Source: an archaeon (GTDB lineage: Archaea > Nanobdellota > Nanobdellia > Pacearchaeales > DTIR01). From it: a stretch of 64,000 bases of DNA. Where the stretch lies: assembly GCA_043799715.1 (NCBI GenBank), contig JAZDNM010000007.1, positions 21,265 to 85,264 of the forward strand, given 5' to 3'. Shown here one piece after another: positions 33,251 to 42,916 of this stretch. Numbering within the stretch: position 1 is the stretch's first letter; every line of letters starts with the position of its first letter. The translations under genes were made by a program, and so were the position numbers. A model generated the notes under the pieces. It did not search any database. It was not told the origin of the DNA and saw only the letters and a list, made by a program, of their open reading frames with translations.

Positions 33251-33370
33251 ATGAAAAAACTCAAAAAATGCCCGAGATGCAATGCCTACACTTTAAATGA
33301 TTTATGCAAGAACTGCAAAACAAAAACAGAACAGGCAGGCTCAAAGTTTATCAGGAAATATTCACAGTAA
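33251..33370 (+). CDS. nop10: Nop10-like H/ACA RNP protein (39 aa, unannotated in ORF track)
   Basis: My translation is MKKLKKCPRCNAYTLNDLCKNCKTKTEQAGSKFIRKYSQ. It has the CPxC-YTL-CxxC zinc ribbon and sits immediately after aIF2-alpha, the conserved archaeal position. The C-terminus is shorter than in typical Nop10. Confidence 0.55.
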   Translation: MKKLKKCPRCNAYTLNDLCKNCKTKTEQAGSKFIRKYSQ

Positions 33371-34588
33371 TTTTGCCTGCTTTTCCTGAAGCATCGCCTC
33401 GCCGTAAACTCCGTCAAAGCCGGGCTTTACCTTTATTTTTCCTTCCCTGTTAAGCAGGATTATATCAACAAGCTTTTTATCTGTCACTCTTGCCAGTTTT
33501 TCTTTTTCAGCATCAAGCAGGATGTTAAATTCAGAGCCGAATGCATTGATTAATTTGTTGTATTCCTCCCAGACTTTCTTGCTTGAAAGTGTTGATGCTT
33601 TTGCCGCAGCAATCAGTTCATGCAGGGGCAGAAGGCTATAGAACTGCTTTGCATTCCGAGGCTTGAATCCAGCGGGATGATTCGCAAGCTCTTCAACCCT
33701 GTGCTCAACGCCAATTGTCATGGTTTTATGGCATACAGGGCATATGTCCTTAAGCTTCAATGCCTCTGCAGGCGAGCATGAAAAATTGCACAGCCTGTGC
33801 CCGTCATAATGATACTTGCCGTATGCAGGGTCTGTTTCTATTGTGCCCAAAAGTTCATTGTCCCTGATTTGTTTTAGAATATCCTTGTAGGAAACTTCCT
33901 CATTCACTTTTCCCGAGAAAATAGTAGCTTCCCTTCCTAGGCGGAACGGCCAGAATGAGTGCGCATCAGAAAAGCTTACAAGAGATTTCTCGTTCAGTTC
34001 AGACAGTCTCCAGTTCATTGCGGGATTTGAGGACATTCCTGTTTCTATTGCATGGATTTTTCCCGTATACTCCTTGAATGCCTCTTTCAAAGAGTCAAAT
34101 CCGGACATGCTTCCGAATATTCCAAACCAGGGAGTCCAGGCATGAGCAGGGATTATCTCAATGTCTCGGTCAATCTTAAAAAGATTTTCCGCCAGTTCAA
34201 TGCAGGACATTCCGAAAATAGGCCTGCCGTCATAATCCAGTCTTCCTTTTGTCAGAAGCCATGAGTTTATCTGCTCTGCAGTTTCAAGAGAAGGCGCAAG
34301 AATCACGATATGAACTCTTCTGCCTTTTCCTGCTTCAGAGAAAACCAGCGAGAGCTCGGTTGAAAAAATAAAGGGAAAATCCTGATAATAATAAACTCCT
34401 GAGCCATTGTGTTTTAATTTTTCCTTCAGCTCCTTAATCCAGAGCGGATGCGTGAAGTCCCCGGTGCCAAGCATATCAACGCCTTTTATCCTTGCATACT
34501 TGACAAGATTATCAAAAGTTATGTTCTTTGATGTCGCCCGCGAGTATCTGCTATGAATGTGAAAATCAGCAATTATCCCCTTGTCCAT
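33362..34588 (-). CDS. Endonuclease Q-like PHP-domain nuclease
   Basis: DFHIHSRYSRATS...GTGDFTHPLW is followed by the zinc finger CPVCHKTMTIGVEHRVEEL. Confidence 0.65.
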   Translation of the reverse strand: MDKGIIADFHIHSRYSRATSKNITFDNLVKYARIKGVDMLGTGDFTHPLWIKELKEKLKHNGSGVYYYQDFPFIFSTELSLVFSEAGKGRRVHIVILAPSLETAEQINSWLLTKGRLDYDGRPIFGMSCIELAENLFKIDRDIEIIPAHAWTPWFGIFGSMSGFDSLKEAFKEYTGKIHAIETGMSSNPAMNWRLSELNEKSLVSFSDAHSFWPFRLGREATIFSGKVNEEVSYKDILKQIRDNELLGTIETDPAYGKYHYDGHRLCNFSCSPAEALKLKDICPVCHKTMTIGVEHRVEELANHPAGFKPRNAKQFYSLLPLHELIAAAKASTLSSKKVWEEYNKLINAFGSEFNILLDAEKEKLARVTDKKLVDIILLNREGKIKVKPGFDGVYGEAMLQEKQAKLL

Positions 34589-34869
34589 AGCATAGAAAAA
34601 ACAGAGTTATTTTTATAGCTTTGGATAATCATTGATTCCCATAAAAGTGTGATGGCAGACATTCACAAAAAGCAGGATATTTGTCAGCTTGGCAGTGTAC
34701 TCTGCAAGAAAATGCTGCTTTGACAGATAAAGCACTCCTGCAGCAACAAAACAAATCGCACTTAGTGCATAACCTTCCCTTACTTTTTTATCCTTCCAGC
34801 CATTTTCTATAATTTTTGATGAAGAATTCACAAATTTTCCAGAACTTTCATTTTTCCCCTAATTGAGGT

Positions 34870-35988
34870 TTATTCCAGATAAATATCAATCTGTCCCAGA
34901 TTGACTTCTGTGTCAGGAGTAACCTTGATGCTGTTCTGCCCTTTCAAAAGCAGTCTTCCGATTGAAGTCTTGTAATCAATCTTCTCTGTGTCTATCTTGA
35001 CAGGGTTGCCGTTCACATAGATTGTAAGCTCCTTGTGCTCTTTGTCAGGGAACCTCAATGACATCATCGCCAAAACCCTTCCTTCATCAATCTTATCGTA
35101 ATTCTCCTTGTCAATTGCAAAGTAATATGTTGGATAATCCCTCTGCTTGAATTTTATCTTGACTCTTACATTGTCTATGAAATAATTCCCGTCGCTTGAG
35201 AAAACAAGCTCATTATCTTCCGCGAGCATGCCCTTGATATTTCCTGTAAAGCCAGTGCATATTTTTTCATTCACAATTGATTTGTCATTAAGGCTGACTT
35301 GCAAAGCATCTGTTGAATAGCAGTCAGCGTCAAACTTCAGCTCAGCTGAGCTTATGTCATTGACATCCTGCTCTATTACAAAACCCCTTCCTATTTCTGG
35401 TTGTGTCAGGGAGTACCTTTCTTTCAGCATAAACGAGCTTATAACAAACCTGTTTATCTTGCTTGGGAAAAGCGGGATGGAAGCTGCAAGCTTTATTGTG
35501 TTTGTGTGCTTCATTCTTGATTCAGGCAGTTCTATCACATGAACTCCCGTGCCTATAACTCTCGCGACTGTCTTTCCGTTGAGAATAACAGATATCGCGG
35601 CAAGCTCGCTTGCCTCGCTTATTCCCAGGAATAATGTAACCTTAATTGCCCTTCCGGGAATTACAAACTCCTCCTCAATAACTTTTGAATTGAACCATGA
35701 GCCCTCAACTGTTGTCTCTGCGTCAAGTTTTATAGGCACTTCTGTGTTCTCTCTGTTGAAAAGGTCAACTGCGCTTATCTTGTATTCTGCTGAATCCTCA
35801 ATCGGCTGAAGAAGCCCTGGTGTCTCAGAAAGAAAATTTTTGCCTTGTGTTTCTGATGTCTTGTTGCATAAAGGAGAATCAGGAAAAACCTTGCATTTGT
35901 CGCTCGCAGGCATGAAGATCAAAGCTCCAAGCAGCAATGCTGCTATGACAATTATTGCCGCTGCTGCCTGTGCATTTTTTCCTGACAT
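34870..35988 (-). CDS. Hypothetical secreted or membrane-anchored protein
   Basis: 372 aa with N-terminus MSGKNAQAAAAIIVIAALLLGALIF and beta-rich composition. Confidence 0.5.
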   Translation of the reverse strand: MSGKNAQAAAAIIVIAALLLGALIFMPASDKCKVFPDSPLCNKTSETQGKNFLSETPGLLQPIEDSAEYKISAVDLFNRENTEVPIKLDAETTVEGSWFNSKVIEEEFVIPGRAIKVTLFLGISEASELAAISVILNGKTVARVIGTGVHVIELPESRMKHTNTIKLAASIPLFPSKINRFVISSFMLKERYSLTQPEIGRGFVIEQDVNDISSAELKFDADCYSTDALQVSLNDKSIVNEKICTGFTGNIKGMLAEDNELVFSSDGNYFIDNVRVKIKFKQRDYPTYYFAIDKENYDKIDEGRVLAMMSLRFPDKEHKELTIYVNGNPVKIDTEKIDYKTSIGRLLLKGQNSIKVTPDTEVNLGQIDIYLE

Positions 35989-36185
35989 TTTATATTCCCT
36001 ATAACAAGGGATTTAGTATATAACCTTTTCGTTTCTTACAGGCAAAAATAGATAAATATGCTATATTTCCTGAAAGAATGGATTATGGCGTTCCTGAGCA
36101 GAGAAAAAGCAAGAAAAGCTCCAGAAAGAAAAGAAGATTGAGAGTTTACAAGAAAGGCGGGCAGTTCAGGTGCATTAAGCTTGAT

Positions 36186-37271
36186 TCAAAACCAGAATAG
36201 CTTGGGAAGAAATCTTAACAGCCCTGGATTTTTCAAGACAACTGAAACTGCTATCCTGCTTAGATTATCCCTGTTTTTTGCTGCGTCTCCCTTGACTTTT
36301 CCGGCTATCCTGAATAGAATTTCAAAATCTTTTGATTTAAACTTTGACAGCAGCTTTGTCACAAGATGATTGAAAAAAATTGTTTTCTTCAGCTCAAATG
36401 CTTTTTTCCTGTTTTTATAAATTAAGATATCTCTCAGTGCAAATGCTGATTCAATTGCAGGAACAATCCCTCCTCCTGTAAATTTTACCATGCAGGCGGC
36501 ATCCCCCAAAAGAAAAATGGATTTTTTTTGCGTTCTGATAAGCTTTGGCTGGGGGATAAGCGCGGCAGAGAATTTCGGCTTTCTCAACCCCAGATGCTCT
36601 GCAAATGCATTAAAGCATTTAACTGCATTATCCTGCTGCGCAACAACCCCGATTACATATCCTGAATTTGAGGGAAAAATGTAAGAGTAATATCCAAATT
36701 TCTTGACAAAGAAAATTTTGTATTTGTTTGGGGATATTTTTGCCTTGGCAGGAACATTTGCCTTGACGGCAAGCCAGAATTTCCTGTTCTGCCATAATCC
36801 CGATTTTTTTGCGACATTGCTAAGCGCGCCGTCTGCTCCGATAACAAAATCAGCATGCTCTGTTATTTTTCTTCTGTTCTTTCCAATCAGGACATCTCCA
36901 GATTTCCGAACATCAATAAATCTCGCATTGAAAATGAACCTAACTCCAGTATCCTGCGCCTTTTTTATCAGTGAGGATATCAATTCCTTCCTGTTTATCT
37001 CATAGTCCCCGATAGGTATGTTCACAGAACTTGTTTCTGAATAGAATTCAGCGCGCGAGAATTTTCTTGAGACAACTTTTCTTGGGTTTATGCCTAGCTC
37101 TCCTGCAAGATTAAGAAATTTTGATGTAACGATATTAGCGCAGATTTTATTGCATATTTGGCTGCAGGGCTTCTGCTCAACAACAAGGATATCCATATGC
37201 CTCCCTAGAAGGCATGCTGCTGCGAGCCCTGCAATGCTTCCTCCGATGATAACTGCCTTCTGCCTTTGCAT
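36186..37271 (-). CDS. Geranylgeranyl reductase family FAD-dependent oxidoreductase
   Basis: FAD-binding VIIGGSIAGLAAA at the N-terminus and LLGDAACMVKFTGGGI near residue 260. Confidence 0.8.
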   Translation of the reverse strand: MQRQKAVIIGGSIAGLAAACLLGRHMDILVVEQKPCSQICNKICANIVTSKFLNLAGELGINPRKVVSRKFSRAEFYSETSSVNIPIGDYEINRKELISSLIKKAQDTGVRFIFNARFIDVRKSGDVLIGKNRRKITEHADFVIGADGALSNVAKKSGLWQNRKFWLAVKANVPAKAKISPNKYKIFFVKKFGYYSYIFPSNSGYVIGVVAQQDNAVKCFNAFAEHLGLRKPKFSAALIPQPKLIRTQKKSIFLLGDAACMVKFTGGGIVPAIESAFALRDILIYKNRKKAFELKKTIFFNHLVTKLLSKFKSKDFEILFRIAGKVKGDAAKNRDNLSRIAVSVVLKNPGLLRFLPKLFWF

Positions 37272-37321
37272 AATGCGTAAAATTCAGAAATACTTATAAA
37301 TCTATTCTGGCAAATTAAATC

Positions 37322-38209
37322 ATGGATGCGATTTTTTTTGCTGATGTTCTGCTCGCTTCAATAGCCCTTATCTGGCTTTTTGCCGCGGCTATTCAGGACA
37401 TGAAAAAAAGAGAGGTTGCAAACTGGCTGAATTTCTCGCTTGTTGCAATTGCGCTTGCAATAAGGGCGATTGTGTCTGTTGTTTCATCTGATGCAGGATA
37501 TTTCATTTATGGAATTGCAATGACTCTGATTTTTTTTGCAATAGCAAACCTGTTCTATTACGCCAGAATTTTTGCAGGAGGCGACGCCAAAATGCTTGTA
37601 GCCCTCGCAGCTGCATTTGCAACAACTCCTGTTTTTGTCTCAAGCAGCGTAACATCAATAGGAAATATCCAGATTCCATTTATGGCGGTGTTTGTGCTTA
37701 ATATGCTGTTCGCCGGCTCTGTTTACGGGATTTTATGGAGTGCTGCCCTCGCAGCAAAGAACTTTAAAGAATTCATAAAAGAATTCAAAAAATCCAGCAG
37801 ACAAAACAGGCTTGTAAGAATAATCTTCTTTCTGCTTTTTGCTATTGTGCTTTTAATCTGCTTTTATGTAAAGGACATAATTCTGCTGATTATCGCCCTT
37901 TTGGCGCTGGCATTTCCCTACTTGCTGATTTTTGTCAAGGCTGTTGAGAATTCATGCATGGTAAAAAGCATCAAGGCATGCCAGCTTTCAGAAGGGGACT
38001 GGCTTTACAAAGCAGTGAAAATCGGAAAAAAGAGCATAATGCCAAGATGGGAAGGGCTTAACAATGCGGAAATATCACTGATAAAAAAATCAGAAATAAG
38101 AAGAGTGATGATAAAGCAGGGCATACCATTTGTTCCTGTTTTTCTTCTTGCGCTTATAATAAGCTTCTTCGCAAATTTGCTTGTTGTTCTTGTTGGTATT
38201 ATCGGATAA
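37322..38209 (+). CDS. Archaeal prepilin/preflagellin peptidase (A24 family, PibD/FlaK/EppA-like)
   Basis: A polytopic membrane protein with the two catalytic Asp contexts AAIQDMKKREV and AGGDAKML. A CTTATAAAT box sits at -28. Confidence 0.8.
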   Translation: MDAIFFADVLLASIALIWLFAAAIQDMKKREVANWLNFSLVAIALAIRAIVSVVSSDAGYFIYGIAMTLIFFAIANLFYYARIFAGGDAKMLVALAAAFATTPVFVSSSVTSIGNIQIPFMAVFVLNMLFAGSVYGILWSAALAAKNFKEFIKEFKKSSRQNRLVRIIFFLLFAIVLLICFYVKDIILLIIALLALAFPYLLIFVKAVENSCMVKSIKACQLSEGDWLYKAVKIGKKSIMPRWEGLNNAEISLIKKSEIRRVMIKQGIPFVPVFLLALIISFFANLLVVLVGIIG

Positions 38210-38213
38210 GAAA

Positions 38214-38924
38214 TCAATTTGGAATTCTTCTTCTGAAAAACTTGTCAAGCTCGTGCTCGGGATATCCCGCATTGTCCTGTTTTGTTTCCTTTGGCTGCTC
38301 TTTTTCCTGAATTTTTTCTTCCGGCTTTTCCTTTTCAATTTTTTTCTCTAAAATAGGCGGTTTTGCGGATTCTCCTGCATCCTTCCTGATTGCAGAAGCG
38401 ACAGTTTCAATTTCCTGCCTTGGAATCTTCTGCCGTTGCATGAATAAGTCCAGCTTGTCGTCATTGAACCTCGGAATGATATTCAATGCAAAATGAGGCA
38501 CAGCCTGCTCCTTGCCCTGTAGTATGCTCAAGGCAACACCTTGCGACTTGACAGTCCTTATCATTGAAGGAATAACATGCCTTGCAAATGAAAAAATCTC
38601 AAAAAGAAGAGGGTCGGGAAGCTGCGTAAGAAACTGATAGTGCTGCTTAGGCATTACAATCATATGCCCTTTTGAAGCGGGATTTATGTCCATTACAGCC
38701 AGGATATTCTTTGATTCATACACCTTGACTGTGGGAATTTTTCCTTGGGAAATCTGGCAGAATAGGCACTGCTGAAGCGGCATTGCATATTCCTTCAGAA
38801 ATGCACTGAACTCGGCATCATCCATTGCCTCTATTTTCTCGAACATTTCTTTGCTATTTTCATCAGAAAGCTTGCTAAGTTCTTCGAGAATTTTCTCCTT
38901 GATTTTTCCTATGTCTTCTTCCAT
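38214..38924 (-). CDS. HIT-fold protein with degenerate histidine triad and N/C-terminal extensions
   Basis: The core is CLFCQISQGKIP...DINPASKGHMIVMPKQH, but the triad position reads HFALNIIPRF rather than HxHxHxx. Confidence 0.6.
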   Translation of the reverse strand: MEEDIGKIKEKILEELSKLSDENSKEMFEKIEAMDDAEFSAFLKEYAMPLQQCLFCQISQGKIPTVKVYESKNILAVMDINPASKGHMIVMPKQHYQFLTQLPDPLLFEIFSFARHVIPSMIRTVKSQGVALSILQGKEQAVPHFALNIIPRFNDDKLDLFMQRQKIPRQEIETVASAIRKDAGESAKPPILEKKIEKEKPEEKIQEKEQPKETKQDNAGYPEHELDKFFRRRIPN

Positions 38925-38972
38925 ACTTCAATCGAGAAAAAGAATTTTAAATATCTTTGCCAGTATCCCCAA

Positions 38973-39245
38973 TCAGCCGAATGCTCTTCTGAAATCAATA
39001 ACCTCCACTGACTGCACTTCAGGGACTTTTTTTAATGCATCCTCTAACTCTGACTGGTCTTTTTCTTCATGCCATACAACAGTAAGAATCAATGCTTTTA
39101 ATCCGAATGCTATTTCCTCTATTTCAGCCGAATGCAGTTTCGCGTCCTTGCTTTGGATTATCTTTTCTGCATTCTTTTTTATCTTTTCAATATCTGTGTC
39201 AATAGACACCGGCATCATCCTTATTTTCAATGCTGCAATTCCCAT
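38973..39245 (-). CDS. ef1b: Elongation factor 1-beta (aEF-1beta)
   Basis: 90 aa: ...AFGLKALILTVVWHEEKDQSELEDALKKVPEVQSVEVIDFRR. Confidence 0.85.
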   Translation of the reverse strand: MGIAALKIRMMPVSIDTDIEKIKKNAEKIIQSKDAKLHSAEIEEIAFGLKALILTVVWHEEKDQSELEDALKKVPEVQSVEVIDFRRAFG

Positions 39246-39282
39246 AATGCTAATTCAAGAAAGCGATTTATAAAACTTCTGC

Positions 39283-39534
39283 TTATATCTCTATTGGCAC
39301 TTCAAGGACATACTTGCCGTATCCCGCTGCAAAAGAACAGGGCTTCATCAGGATTTTTTTTGTAACTTTCATGTTCCTGTCAAGCCATTTTATCTCAAGG
39401 GGCATAAAACAGAAAAAAGTGTGCAGTGAAATTTTCCTTTCCTTATCAAAAACAAAAAGCAGCGGCTCTTCTGAAAAAGAAAACATCTTTCCCCTGAGCT
39501 TGCTGAAAAATGTCCTGCATATTCTTGGTTTCAT
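39283..39534 (-). CDS. DUF192-like small protein
   Basis: 83 aa. The pattern ...LHTFFCFMPLEIKWLDRNMKV...YVLEVP resembles COG1430/DUF192. Confidence 0.4.
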   Translation of the reverse strand: MKPRICRTFFSKLRGKMFSFSEEPLLFVFDKERKISLHTFFCFMPLEIKWLDRNMKVTKKILMKPCSFAAGYGKYVLEVPIEI

Positions 39535-39545
39535 TTTCTACCGTA

Positions 39546-39618
39546 TGCCCCCACGAGGACTCGAACCCCGATTACAACCTCCGCAAGGTCGTTTCCTATC
39601 CGATTAGAAGATAAGGGC
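39546..39618 (-). tRNA. tRNA-Arg (anticodon GCG), no intron
   Basis: Acceptor GCCCTTA/TGGGGGC has two G:U pairs. Anticodon stem is CGACC/GGTTG, loop is TTGCGGA and T-arm is CGGGG-TTCGAGT-CCTCG. Confidence 0.75.
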
Positions 39619-39663
39619 ATTAATAATAAAGAAATAAATTGGATTTAAAGATTGTGTTATGGT

Positions 39664-40650
39664 TTATTCTTTATCCGGCTCATCCTTGATGCCGGCTGCA
39701 GTTATGTAAAAAATATTCTCTGATTCCGGAAGATTTGGGGAATCAATAACTTTCACAACCCGTGAATTCTGTTTTCCGCGCCTCATATACAGCCTCAGTG
39801 TTGAGGCATGCGCAAGGATATGCCCTCCGATTGCCCTTGTAGGGTCGCCAAACATTACTGACGGGTCAGCCATAACCTGGTTTGTCACATAAACCGCAAC
39901 ATTATACTGCTCTGCCATTCTTATAATCTCATGGAGATGCCTGTTTAATTTCTGCTGCCTGTCTGCAAGCATGCCCCTGCCTGCAAATTCCGCCCTGAAA
40001 TGGGCAGTCAAACTGTCAATTATAACAAGCTTGATTGGCTCCCCCTTCTTGATCATCTCTGTAATTTTATCGAATAATAATATCTGGTGGTCTGAATTGA
40101 ATGCTCTTGCCACAAAAATATTCTTCATAACCTTTTCAGGGTTCATTCCCCTTGCTTCTGCAATCTGCTTTATTCTTTCTGGCCTGAAAGTGCCTTCAGA
40201 ATCAATGTACACTGCCTTGCCGTCTGCGCCGCCTTCTTTATTAGGCAGCTGGACATTTACTGCAAGAGTATGCGCAAGTTGGGTTTTGCCAGAGCCATAG
40301 GCTCCGTAAACCTCTGTTATCGCTTTTGTCTCAATCCCCTTGCCGCCAAGAAGTATGTCAAGATTTTTGCACCCTGTTGTAATTGTCAGAAGTTCAGCCC
40401 TTTTCTTCATGTATTCTGAAGCGTCTTCAAAATCCAGATTCAGCATTTTCCTTGAAGCCTGGATTGCTTTTCTTGCAACAGCTTCGCTAATTCCTGAAAT
40501 ATTGGAAAGTTCAGTAGGACCCAATACTGCTAGATTCATAAGTTCAGTCACGCCAGCCCCCTCAAGCTTTGCTGCTATCGCAGGGCCTATGCCCGGCAGG
40601 TCAGTGATTTTAAAGCCGTCTTTCTTATTTTCCTTTTCAGATTCAGCCAT
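39664..40650 (-). CDS. radA: DNA repair and recombination protein RadA
   Basis: An HhH N-terminal domain is followed by Walker [10 protein letters not shown] and Walker B LVIIDSL. The ATG at 40650 has TTTATAAAT at -29, whereas the ORF-track start at 40656 is TTG. Confidence 0.95.
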   Translation of the reverse strand: MAESEKENKKDGFKITDLPGIGPAIAAKLEGAGVTELMNLAVLGPTELSNISGISEAVARKAIQASRKMLNLDFEDASEYMKKRAELLTITTGCKNLDILLGGKGIETKAITEVYGAYGSGKTQLAHTLAVNVQLPNKEGGADGKAVYIDSEGTFRPERIKQIAEARGMNPEKVMKNIFVARAFNSDHQILLFDKITEMIKKGEPIKLVIIDSLTAHFRAEFAGRGMLADRQQKLNRHLHEIIRMAEQYNVAVYVTNQVMADPSVMFGDPTRAIGGHILAHASTLRLYMRRGKQNSRVVKVIDSPNLPESENIFYITAAGIKDEPDKE

Positions 40651-40703
40651 GACCAAAAAAAGGGCTTTTCATTTATAAATTTAGTTCTTTTGGGATATAT
40701 CAG

Positions 40704-41159
40704 TTAGAAGAGATAAGCTGCAATCCATGCTATATCAAGCAGGACAAGCACTGAAAAAATTATCTTCTCTGTAATGCCTCCTGTTGTTATCCTGCCCTTG
40801 ACTTTATACTTAACAGGCCAGAAGGGCTCCACTCCTTGCACAGTAAAGCTGTCCAGAAGAATATGCATGCTGTATCCCGCAAAGAATGCCATTGAGACAA
40901 ATGGGGAAAATGCAAACAGGATAGCGCTGAGAATAAAAGAGCAGGTAAATGAATGAAAAAATCCCCTGTGTTTTGAAAGGAAAAATGCGATTTTTGCGAA
41001 TATTCTGTATTTCCTGCCGATGAAAGAATGAAGCGTGTCTATGTCGGGCAGCATTGTCGCCAAAATTACAATGGAGACGAATGCAATCTTATTGCTGAAT
41101 TGTCCTGAAAAAATTAGGGCAAAAAGGATATTGGCTGCAATATGCGTCTTAAGGAGCAT
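40704..41159 (-). CDS. Membrane-bound metal-dependent hydrolase (DUF457/YdjM family)
   Basis: 151 aa with four TM helices and the MLPDIDT and HRGFFHS motifs. Confidence 0.55.
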   Translation of the reverse strand: MLLKTHIAANILFALIFSGQFSNKIAFVSIVILATMLPDIDTLHSFIGRKYRIFAKIAFFLSKHRGFFHSFTCSFILSAILFAFSPFVSMAFFAGYSMHILLDSFTVQGVEPFWPVKYKVKGRITTGGITEKIIFSVLVLLDIAWIAAYLF

Positions 41160-41166
41160 TTTTTAT

Positions 41167-42126
41167 TTATCCGCTGATTTTTGCTATAAGCTCTTCTACA
41201 TCAACCACTGAAACATCTGATACTACAAATTCTGTATTGCCAAAAAGTTTGTTTGTTCTTGCCCGGCCATCAAGCCAAAGCTCCTTGCCAAGAAGTTCAT
41301 TTTTCTTTTTCAGGAAAAAATCAGCATTTCTCAGCATCTCCATTTCATTTGCCGGAAGGTTCAGCAGCTTGGATATCGAATCAGAAAAGAAAATCGCTCT
41401 TATATTCTCAGTCCCGTCATCAGCCACAGCAGTAATAATCGCGCGGTTTTCAGGGGCGACAGTATTGTGCTTGCTGCAGATGAATCTGTTCTCCTCCTGA
41501 GTCAAGCGCATTGAGCATTCAGGGCATACTGAAAAAAACCTCGGCTCGAAAATCTGCAAGACAGCAGCCCTTATCCTTGCCTTGTCGTTCTGTTTTAGCT
41601 CTGCAATTGTTTTTTCATGCATAACCTCTGATATCTTCACTGATGCTATTTCTTCTGTGCTTGGGCTCAGCCCGGACATGCTGCCGAGATGCAGTTCCCC
41701 CTCCCTGACAGCAGCATCCTTTATCTCTATAACACTGCCTTTTGAAATGTTTCCGGTCTCAACGAGATTTATGTGCTTGATATCCCAAAGAACAGTCCTC
41801 ACGCTTGCGGTCTCATCTGCAATAACCAATGTTGCAACTTTTCCTTCCCTGTCCCCTTTCTTGAAACTCCTGATAGGATAAACCTCAATAATCTTTGCGG
41901 TCACAGAAACCTTTCTCATTCCTGTAAGAAGCTCTGAAACCTTGACTTTCTGCTTGTCAAAGTTTATGCCGAGCTCTGCTGCAACAACCTGCGCAGCGCC
42001 TTCCTTGCTTATCAATCCGGAAAGCTTTGCCCTCTTGGCGTCAATGCGCCTTTCAACCTGTTCTATATCAAGCCCTGACTGCTTTGCAATCTTGTCAACA
42101 AACTGCTCGTATGCGGCTGTTATCAT
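41167..42126 (-). CDS. rpa: Replication protein A-like ssDNA-binding protein (OB folds plus zinc finger)
   Basis: OB-fold repeats are followed by CPECSMRL...ICSKHN. The first ATG is at 42126, and the ORF-track start at 42144 is TTG. Confidence 0.7.
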   Translation of the reverse strand: MITAAYEQFVDKIAKQSGLDIEQVERRIDAKRAKLSGLISKEGAAQVVAAELGINFDKQKVKVSELLTGMRKVSVTAKIIEVYPIRSFKKGDREGKVATLVIADETASVRTVLWDIKHINLVETGNISKGSVIEIKDAAVREGELHLGSMSGLSPSTEEIASVKISEVMHEKTIAELKQNDKARIRAAVLQIFEPRFFSVCPECSMRLTQEENRFICSKHNTVAPENRAIITAVADDGTENIRAIFFSDSISKLLNLPANEMEMLRNADFFLKKKNELLGKELWLDGRARTNKLFGNTEFVVSDVSVVDVEELIAKISG

Positions 42127-42187
42127 TTTTATCAGTCCAAACAAGAGAAAATCCGTTTAAAAGTATTTTTATATGCAAGAGCAACTA

Positions 42188-42916
42188 TCAAATGCTGAAC
42201 CTTACTTCAATATTCCTGTATTCTTCATTTATGAAATATCTGCTTTTGCTTTTCATTGTTATTGATTTCATGTCTATTTCAGAAATTTCCCCTGTTTCTA
42301 TATTAAAACTGCCAAGATTCATGCACAATGCAATATCCTCCTTGGCTTTGCACTCATCTGCCTTCTGCCAGATTTCCTGGAATGAAGCAAGATTAATATC
42401 CTCCAAGTCAACAGCAAAAGAGGATTTGAAATCAAGCATAAAAGAGTACCCAAAAACACCCTTGACGCTTCCCTTCAGCTCAATCTCGTTAGAATCAAAA
42501 TTAATTATCTTATCTTTAATGCTGGCTTTGTATTTTATTTTGTTAAAATCAGGATTATAATAGAGAGAATTTATCTCATTCATTCTTTCTCCTATATCTG
42601 TTGCAAATTCCTCATCAAAATTTCTTGTAAAATTGCAGAAATGCAAATACCCTGAATAAACCTTGCAGTCCTGTGGTGCAAATTTCCCTTCATCAGAAAT
42701 ATTCTGATAGGCATTTGCAACCGCAATCTTCGCAGCTTCTGCTGCGAATTCCCTGTAAACAGATATTTCTTCGTTCATCTTCAGCACTTTATCAGGAGGG
42801 GCAAACATTTCAGCAGCTCCTGTTTTTGCTGTAATAAACTTGAAAAGGGCATAACCGCAAAGCACGAAAACTGCGATAGTTATAAGCAGTGCGAAAATTG
42901 CAGCTTTCTTGTTCAT
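42188..42916 (-). CDS. Pilin-like protein (class III signal)
   Basis: N-terminus MNKKAAIFALLITIAVFVLCG. Its start overlaps the stop of the upstream gene as ATGA (42913-42916). Confidence 0.6.
   Translation of the reverse strand: MNKKAAIFALLITIAVFVLCGYALFKFITAKTGAAEMFAPPDKVLKMNEEISVYREFAAEAAKIAVANAYQNISDEGKFAPQDCKVYSGYLHFCNFTRNFDEEFATDIGERMNEINSLYYNPDFNKIKYKASIKDKIINFDSNEIELKGSVKGVFGYSFMLDFKSSFAVDLEDINLASFQEIWQKADECKAKEDIALCMNLGSFNIETGEISEIDMKSITMKSKSRYFINEEYRNIEVRFSI

Noticed and set aside
34613-34831. 72-aa minus-strand ORF with two hydrophobic stretches
   Set aside because: It starts at GTG, has no -29 box or Shine-Dalgarno, and cannot be supported from the sequence alone.
36078-36200. 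41-aa basic ORF (MDYGVPEQRKSKKSSRKKRRLRVYKKGGQFRCIKLDSKPE) in the gap before the geranylgeranyl reductase gene
   Set aside because: It has only a weak TATA-like box (TAGATAAAT), overlaps the 3' end of the neighbouring gene, and has no recognisable family. The support is insufficient to call it.
39314-39607. 97-aa plus-strand ORF
   Set aside because: It is antisense to the DUF192-like gene and to tRNA-Arg.
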